Assembly (NCBI GenBank): GCA_964057225.1
Contig: OZ059898.1
Span: forward strand, 17,918,001 to 17,982,000
Reading direction: 5' to 3'
DNA length: 64,000 bases
Source: Auanema rhodensis
Taxonomy: Eukaryota > Animalia > Nematoda
Shown here: one piece after another, positions 54,801 to 64,000 of the stretch
Position numbering within the stretch: the first letter of the stretch is position 1
Layout of the letters: every line of letters starts with the position of its first letter
Program-made: the position numbers and the translations under genes
The notes under the pieces: model-generated
The model's database searches: none
What the model was told of the DNA's origin: nothing
What the model saw: the letters and a program-made list of their open reading frames with translations, nothing else

Positions 54801-57800
54801 TATGTAACTCGCTTCACGTGAAAGATAAAGAGATGCGGTTTTCAAAATTAGATTCCCCATGTCCATATTAGTCTAAAAACAAATTTTTATTGATATTGGT
54901 GCATGGCAACCATGACTTTAAAATTTACGTGTACTTTAATTTATGCTAATTAAGTGTACACATGATGTGCACTTGGTATGTAACTCGCTTCACGTCAAAG
55001 ACAAAGAGATGCGGTTTTCAAAATTAGATTCCCCATGTCCATATTAGTCTAAAAACAAATTTTTATTGATATTGGTGCATGGTAACCATGACTTTGAAAT
55101 TTACGTGAACTTTAATTTATGCTAATTAAGTGTACTCGTGATGTGCACTTGGTATGTAACTCGCTTCACGTGAAAGATAAAGAGATGCGGTTTTCAAAAT
55201 TAGATTCCTCATGTCCATATTAGTCTAAAAACAAATTTTTATTGGTATTGGTGCATGGCAACCATGACTTTTAAATTTACGTGTACTTCAATTTATGCTA
55301 ATTAAGTGTACACATGATGTGCACTTGGTATGTAACTCGCTTCACGTCAAAGATAAAGAGATGCGGTTTTCAAAATTAGATTTCGCATGTCCATATTAGT
55401 CTAAAAACAAATTTTTATTGATATTGGTGCATGGCAACCATGACTTTTAAATTTACGTGTACTTTAATTTATGCTAATTAAGTGTACACGTGATGTGCAC
55501 TTGGTATGTAACTCGCTTCACGTGAAAGATAAAGAGATGCGGTTTTCAAAATTAGATTCCTCATGTCCATATTAGTCTAAAAACGAATTTTTATTGATAT
55601 TGATGCATGGTAACCATGACTTTGAAATTTACGTGAACTTTAATTTATGCTAATTAAATGTACACGTGATGTGCACTTGGTATGTAACTCGCTTCACGTG
55701 AAAGATAAAGAGATGCGGTTTTCAAAATTAGATTCCCCATGTCCATATTAGTCTAAAAACAAATTTTTATTGATATTGGTGCATGGCAACCATGACTTTA
55801 AAATTTACGTGTACTTTAATTTATGCTAATTAAGTGTACACATGATGTGCACTTGGTATGTAACTCGCTTCACGTCAAAGATAAAGAGATGCGGTTTTCA
55901 AAATTAGATTCCCCATGTCCATATTAGTCTAAAAACAAATTTTTATTGATATTGGTTCATGGCAACCATGACTTTAAAGTTTACGTGTACTTTAGTTTAT
56001 GCTAATTAAGTGTACACATGATGTGCACTTGGTATGTAACTCGCTTCACGTCAAAGATAAAGAGATGCGGTTTTCAAAATTAGATTTCGCATGTCCATAT
56101 TAGTCTAAAAACAAATTTTTATTGATATTGGTGCATGGTAACCATGACTTTGAAATTTACGTGAACTTTAATTTATGCTAATTAAGTGTACACGTGATGT
56201 GCACTTGGTATGTAACTCGCTTCACGTGAAAGATAAAGAGATGCGGTTTTCAAAATTAGATTCCCCATGTCCATATTAGTCTAAAAACAAATTTTTATTG
56301 ATATTGGTGCATGGCAACCATGACTTTAAAATTTACGTGAACTTTAATTTATGCTAATTAAGTGTACACGTGATGTGCACTTGGTATGTAACTCGCTTCA
56401 CGTGAAAGATAAAGAGATGCGGTTTTCAAAATTAGATTCCCCATGTCCATATTAGTCTAAAAACAAATTTTTATTGATATTGGTGCATGACAACCATGAC
56501 TTTCAAATATACGTGAACTTCAATTTATGCTAATTAAGTGTACACGTGATGTGCACTCGGTATGTAACTCGCTTCGCGTCAAAGATAAAGAGATGCGGTT
56601 TTCAAAATTAGATTCCCCATGTCCATATTAGTCTAAAAACAAATTTTTATTGATATTGGTGGATGGTAACCATGACTTTGAAATTTACGTGAACTTTAAT
56701 TTATGCTAATTAAGTGTACACGTGATGTGCACTTGGTATGTAACTCGCTTCACGTGAAAGATAAAGAGATGCGGTTTTCAAAATTAGATTCCTCATGTCC
56801 ATATTAGTCTAAAAACGAATTTTTATTGATATTGTTGCATGGTAACCATGACTTTGAAATTTACGTGAACTTTAATTTATGCTAATTAAGTGTACACGTG
56901 ATGTGCACTTGGTATGTAACTCGCTTCACGTGAAAGATAAAGAGATGCGGTTTTCAAAATTAGATTTCGCATGTCCATATTAGTCTAAAAACAAATTTTT
57001 ATTGATATTGGTGCATGGTAACCATGACTTTGAAATTTACGTGAACTTTAATTTATGCTAATTAAGTGTACACGTGATGTGCACTTGGTATGTAACTCGC
57101 TTCACGTGAAAGATAAAGAGATGCGGTTTTCAAAATTAGATTCTTCATGTCCATATTAGTCTAAAAACGAATTTTTATTGATATTGATGCATGGTAACCA
57201 TGACTTTGAAATTTACGTGAACTTTAATTTATGCTTATTAAGTGTACACGTGATGTGCACTTGGTATGTAACTCGCTTCACGTCAAAGATAAAGAGATGC
57301 GGTTTTCAAATTTAGATTCCCCATGTCCATATTAGTCTAAAAACAAATTTTTATTGATATTGGTGCATGGTAACTATGACTTTGAAATTTACGTGAACTT
57401 TAATTTATGCTAATTAAGTGTACACATGATGTGCACTTGGTATGTAACTCGCTTCACGTCAAAGATAAAGAGATGCGGTTTTCAAAATTAGATTTCGCAT
57501 GTCCATATTAGTCTAAAAACAAATTTTTATTGATATTGGTGCATGGTAACCATGACTTTGAAATTTACGTGAACTTTAATTTATGCTAATTAAGTGTACA
57601 CGTGATGTGCACTTGGTATGTAACTCGCTTCACGTGAAAGATAAAGAGATGCGGTTTTCAAAATTAGATTCCCCATGTCCATATTAGTCTAAAAACAAAT
57701 TTTTATTGATATTGGTGCATGGCAACCATGACTTTAAAATTTACGTGTACTTTAATTTATGCTAATTAAGTGTACACATGATGTGCACTTGGTATGTAAC

Positions 57801-60275
57801 TCGCTTCACGTCAAAGATAAAGAGATGCGGTTTTCAAAATTAGATTTCGCATGTCCATATTAGTCTAAAAACAAATTTTTATTGATATTGGTGCATGGTA
57901 ACCATGACTTTGAAATTTACGTGAACTTTAATTTATGCTAATTAAGTGTACACGTGATGTGCACTTGGTATGTAACTCGCTTCACGTGAAAGATAAAGAG
58001 ATGCGGTTTTCAAAATTAGATTCCCCATGTCCATATTAGTCTAAAAACAAATTTTTATTGATATTGGTGCATGGCAACCATGACTTTAAAATTTACGTGT
58101 ACTTTAATTTATGCTAATTAAGTGTACACATGATGTGCACTTGGTATGTAACTCGCTTCACGTCAAAGATAAAGAGATGCGGTTTTCAAAATTAGATTTC
58201 GCATGTCCATATTAGTCTAAAAACAAATTTTTATTGATATTGGTGCTAGGTAACCATGACTTTGAAATTTACGTGAACTTTAATTTATGCTAATTAAGTG
58301 TACACATGATGTGCACTTGGTATGTAACTCGCTTCACGTCAAAGATAAAGAGATGCGGTTTTCAAAATTAGATTTCGCATGTCCATATTAGTCTAAAAAC
58401 AAATTTTTATTGATATTGGTGCATGGTAACCATGACTTTGAAATTTACGTGAACTTTAATTTATGCTAATTAAGTGTACACGTGATGTGCACTTGGTATG
58501 TAACTCGCTTCACGTGAAAGATAAAGAGATGCGGTTTTCGAAATTAGATTCCCCATGTCCATATTAGTCTAAAAACAAATTTTTATTGATATTGGTGCAT
58601 GGCAACCATGACTTTAAAATTTACGTGTACTTTAATTTATGCTAATTAAGTGTACACATGATGTGCACTTGGTATGTAACTCGCTTCACGTCAAAGATAA
58701 AGAGATGCGGTTTTCAAAATTAGATTTCGCATGTCCATATTAGTCTAAAAACAAATTTTTATTGATATTGGTGCATGGTAACCATGACTTTGAAATTTAC
58801 GTGAACTTTAATTTATGCTAATTAAGTGTACACATGATGTGCACTTGGTATGTAACTCGCTTCACGTCAAAGATAAAGAGATGCGGTTTTCAAAATTAGA
58901 TTCCCCATGTCCATATTAGTCTAAAAACAAATTTTTATTGATATTGGTGCATGGCAACCATGACTTTAAAATTTACGTGTACTTTAATTTATGCTAATTA
59001 AGTGTACACATGATGTGCACTTGGTATGTAACTCGCTTCACGTCAAAGACAAAGAGATGCGGTTTTCAAAATTAGATTCCCCATGTCCATATTAGTCTAA
59101 AAACAAATTTTTATTGATATTGGTGCATGGTAACCATGACTTTGAAATTTACGTGAACTTTAATTTATGCTAATTAAGTGTACTCGTGATGTGCACTTGG
59201 TATGTAACTCGCTTCACGTGAAAGATAAAGAGATGCGGTTTTCAAAATTAGATTCCTCATGTCCATATTAGTCTAAAAACAAATTTTTATTGGTATTGGT
59301 GCATGGCAACCATGACTTTTAAATTTACGTGTACTTCAATTTATGCTAATTAAGTGTACACATGATGTGCACTTGGTATGTAACTCGCTTCACGTCAAAG
59401 ATAAAGAGATGCGGTTTTCAAAATTAGATTTCGCATGTCCATATTAGTCTAAAAACAAATTTTTATTGATATTGGTGCATGGCAACCATGACTTTTAAAT
59501 TTACGTGTACTTTAATTTATGCTAATTAAGTGTACACGTGATGTGCACTTGGTATGTAACTCGCTTCACGTGAAAGATAAAGAGATGCGGTTTTCAAAAT
59601 TAGATTCCTCATGTCCATATTAGTCTAAAAACGAATTTTTATTGATATTGATGCATGGTAACCATGACTTTGAAATTTACGTGAACTTTAATTTATGCTA
59701 ATTAAATGTACACGTGATGTGCACTTGGTATGTAACTCGCTTCACGTGAAAGATAAAGAGATGCGGTTTTCAAAATTAGATTCCCCATGTCCATATTAGT
59801 CTAAAAACAAATTTTTATTGATATTGGTGCATGGCAACCATGACTTTAAAATTTACGTGTACTTTAATTTATGCTAATTAAGTGTACACATGATGTGCAC
59901 TTGGTATGTAACTCGCTTCACGTCAAAGATAAAGAGATGCGGTTTTCAAAATTAGATTCCCCATGTCCATATTAGTCTAAAAACAAATTTTTATTGATAT
60001 TGGTGCATGGCAACCATGACTTTAAAATTTACGTGTACTTTAATTTATGCTAATTAAGTGTACACATGATGTGCACTTGGTATGTAACTCGCTTCACGTC
60101 AAAGACAAAGAGATGCGGTTTTCAAAATTAGATTCCCCATGTCCATATTAGTCTAAAAACAAATTTTTATTGATATTGGTGCATGGTAACCATGACTTTG
60201 AAATTTACGTGAACTTTAATTTATGCTAATTAAGTGTACTCGTGATGTGCACTTGGTATGTAACTCGCTTCACGT
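43525..60275 (+). repeat. Tandem duplication of a ~47-monomer (~8.3-kb) block with later -1 and +2 monomer copy differences
   Basis: Offset 8272: 43855/52127, 45047/53319, 46381/54653, 47681/55953. Offset 8096: 48391/56487, 48731/56827. Offset 8448: 49793/58241, 50091/58539, 51791/60239. Confidence 0.88.
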
Positions 60276-63200
60276 GAAAGATAAAGAGATGCGGTTTTCA
60301 AAATTAGATTCCTCATGTCCATATTAGTCTAAAAACAAATTTTTATTGGTATTGGTGCATGGCAACCATGACTTTTAAATTTACGTGTACTTCAATTTAT
60401 GCTAATTAAGTGTACACATGATGTGCACTTGGTATGTAACTCGCTTCACGTCAAAGATAAAGAGATGCGGTTTTCAAAATTAGATTTCGCATGTCCATAT
60501 TAGTCTAAAAACAAATTTTTATTGATATTGGTGCATGGCAACCATGACTTTTAAATTTACGTGTACTTTAATTTATGCTAATTAAGTGTACACGTGATGT
60601 GCACTTGGTATGTAACTCGCTTCACGTGAAAGATAAAGAGATGCGGTTTTCAAAATTAGATTCCTCATGTCCATATTAGTCTAAAAACGAATTTTTATTG
60701 ATATTGATGCATGGTAACCATGACTTTGAAATTTACGTGAACTTTAATTTATGCTAATTAAATGTACACGTGATGTGCACTTGGTATGTAACTCGCTTCA
60801 CGTGAAAGATAAAGAGATGCGGTTTTCAAAATTAGATTCCCCATGTCCATATTAGTCTAAAAACAAATTTTTATTGATATTGGTGCATGGCAACCATGAC
60901 TTTAAAATTTACGTGTACTTTAATTTATGCTAATTAAGTGTACACATGATGTGCACTTGGTATGTAACTCGCTTCACGTCAAAGATAAAGAGATGCGGTT
61001 TTCAAAATTAGATTCCCCATGTCCATATTAGTCTAAAAACAAATTTTTATTGATATTGGTGCATGGCAACCATGACTTTAAAGTTTACGTGTACTTTAGT
61101 TTATGCTAATTAAGTGTACACATGATGTGCACTTGGTATGTAACTCGCTTCACGTCAAAGATAAAGAGATGCGGTTTTCAAAATTAGATTTCGCATGTCC
61201 ATATTAGTCTAAAAACAAATTTTTATTGATATTGGTGCATGGTAACCATGACTTTGAAATTTACGTGAACTTTAATTTATGCTAATTAAGTGTACACGTG
61301 ATGTGCACTTGGTATGTAACTCGCTTCACGTGAAAGATAAAGAGATGCGGTTTTCAAAATTAGATTCCCCATGTCCATATTAGTCTAAAAACAAATTTTT
61401 ATTGATATTGGTGCATGGCAACCATGACTTTAAAATTTACGTGTACTTTAATTTATGCTAATTAAGTGTACACATGATGTGCACTTGGTATGTAACTCGC
61501 TTCACGTCAAAGATAAAGAGATGCGGTTTTCAAAATTAGATTTCGCATGTCCATATTAGTCTAAAAACAAATTTTTATTGATATTGGTGCATGGTAACCA
61601 TGACTTTGAAATTTACGTGAACTTTAATTTATGCTAATTAAGTGTACACGTGATGTGCACTTGGTATGTAACTCGCTTCACGTGAAAGATAAAGAGATGC
61701 GGTTTTCAAAATTAGATTCCCCATGTCCATATTAGTCTAAAAACAAATTTTTATTGATATTGGTGCATGACAACCATGACTTTCAAATATACGTGAACTT
61801 CAATTTATGCTAATTAAGTGTACACGTGATGTGCACTCGGTATGTAACTCGCTTCGCGTCAAAGATAAAGAGATGCGGTTTTCAAAATAAGATTCCCCAT
61901 GTCCATATTAGTCTAAAAACAAATTTTTATTGATATTGGTGGATGGTAACCATGACTTTGAAATTTACGTGAACTTTAATTTATGCTAATTAAGTGTACA
62001 CGTGATGTGCACTTGGTATGTAACTCGCTTCACGTGAAAGATAAAGAGATGCGGTTTTCAAAATTAGATTCCTCATGTCCATATTAGTCTAAAAACGAAT
62101 TTTTATTGATATTGATGCATGGTAACCATGACTTTGAAATTTACGTGAACTTTAATTTATGCTAATTAAGTGTACACGTGATGTGCACTTGGTATGTAAC
62201 TCGCTTCACGTGAAAGATAAAGAGATGCGGTTTTCAAAATTAGATTTCGCATGTCCATCTTAGTCTAAAAACAAATTTTTATTGATATTGGTGCATGGTA
62301 ACCATGACTTTGAAATTTACGTGAACTTTAATTTATGCTAATTAAGTGTACACGTGATGTGCACTTGGTATGTAACTCGCTTCACGTGAAAGATAAAGAG
62401 ATGCGGTTTTCAAAATTAGATTCTTCATGTCCATATTAGTCTAAAAACGAATTTTTATTGATATTGATGCATGGTAACCATGACTTTGAAATTTACGTGA
62501 ACTTTAATTTATGCTTATTAAGTGTACACGTGATGTGCACTTGGTATGTAACTCGCTTCACGTCAAAGATAAAGAGATGCGGTTTTCAAATTTAGATTCC
62601 CCATGTCCATATTAGTCTAAAAACAAATTTTTATTGATATTGGTGCATGGTAACTATGACTTTGAAATTTACGTGAACTTTAATTTATGCTAATTAAGTG
62701 TACACATGATGTGCACTTGGTATGTAACTCGCTTCACGTCAAAGATAAAGAGATGCGGTTTTCAAAATTAGATTTCGCATGTCCATATTAGTCTAAAAAC
62801 AAATTTTTATTGATATTGGTGCATGGCAACCATGACTTTAAAATTTACGTGTACTTTAATTTATGCTAATTAAGTGTACACATGATGTGCACTTGGTATG
62901 TAACTCGCTTCACGTCAAAGATAAAGAGATGCGGTTTTCAAAATTAGATTCCTCATGTCCATATTAGTCTAAAAACAAATTTTTATTGGTATTGGTGCAT
63001 GGCAACCATGACTTTTAAATTTACGTGTACTTCAATTTATGCTAATTAAGTGTACACATGATGTGCACTTGGTATGTAACTCGCTTCACGTCAAAGATAA
63101 AGAGATGCGGTTTTCAAAATTAGATTTCGCATGTCCATATTAGTCTAAAAACAAATTTTTATTGATATTGGTGCATGGCAACCATGACTTTTAAATTTAC

Positions 63201-64000
63201 GTGTACTTTAATTTATGCTAATTAAGTGTACACGTGATGTGCACTTGGTATGTAACTCGCTTCACGTGAAAGATAAAGAGATGCGGTTTTCAAAATTAGA
63301 TTCCTCATGTCCATATTAGTCTAAAAACGAATTTTTATTGATATTGATGCATGGTAACCATGACTTTGAAATTTACGTGAACTTTAATTTATGCTAATTA
63401 AATGTACACGTGATGTGCACTTGGTATGTAACTCGCTTCACGTGAAAGATAAAGAGATGCGGTTTTCAAAATTAGATTCCCCATGTCCATATTAGTCTAA
63501 AAACAAATTTTTGTTGATATTGGTGGATGGTAACCATGACTTTGAAATTTACGTGAACTTTAATTTATGCTAATTAAGTGTACACGTGATGTGCACTTGG
63601 TATGTAACTCGCTTCACGTGAAAGATAAAGAGATGCGGTTTTCAAAATTAGATTCCTCATGTCCATATTAGTCTAAAAACGAATTTTTATTGATATTGAT
63701 GAATGGTAACCATGACTTTGAAATTCACGTGAACTTTAATTTATGCTTATTAAGTGTACACGTGATGTGCACTTGGTATGTAACTCGCTTCAAGTGAAAG
63801 ATAAAGAGATGCGGTTTTCAAAATTAGATTCCCCATGTCCATATTAGTCTAAAAACAAATTTTTATTGATATTGGTGCATGGTAACTATGACTTTGAAAT
63901 TTACGTGAACTTTAATTTATGCTAATTAAGTGTACACATGATGTGCACTTGGTATGTAACTCGCTTCACGTCAAAGATAAAGAGATGCGGTTTTCAAAAT

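Larger units (their letters stand above)
1..64000. repeat. 176-bp tandem satellite DNA array (~364 head-to-tail monomers, single orientation, extends past both window edges); candidate centromeric/pericentromeric satellite
   Basis: The unit caaaattagatt...gatgcggtttt starts at 3 and again at 179 (period 176). The ATG in ttatgctaat is at 103, 17703 (+100x176) and 22631 (+128x176), and 38047 to 52127 is 80x176. The tandem structure is seen directly; the centromeric role is inferred only from size and homogeneity. Confidence 0.99.

Noticed and set aside
1-64000. CRISPR-like or cassette-type array (palindromic repeats at regular spacing)
   Set aside because: There are no unique spacers or cassettes: the entire 176-bp unit is repeated, and no cas or integrase genes are present.

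Overview
The whole 64-kb window is one uninterrupted head-to-tail array of a 176-bp, AT-rich (~32% GC, hand-counted on one monomer) satellite. It holds about 364 monomers, all in the same orientation, differing at only a few positions each. I found no genes, RNA genes, transposon insertions, inversions or CRISPR spacers. The eight ORFs in the track are single-monomer artefacts, each created by a point mutation that removes one TAG. Monomer length, homogeneity and dyad content are typical of a eukaryotic centromeric or pericentromeric satellite, but I do not recognise the family or the species. The information lies in the variant pattern. It shows nested tandem duplications (2-, 3-, 6-, 8-, 16-, 27- and ~47-monomer units), regional variant domains, recombinant monomers at junctions, one 70-bp deletion, and a dyad-rich monomer with three ACGTGA motifs spaced 32-33 bp apart. 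The phase arithmetic closes: 70+1+1 = 72 bp lost between 22.9 and 30.4 kb, and exact multiples of 176 at the markers checked elsewhere. I cannot support a novel protein- or RNA-based system from this sequence.
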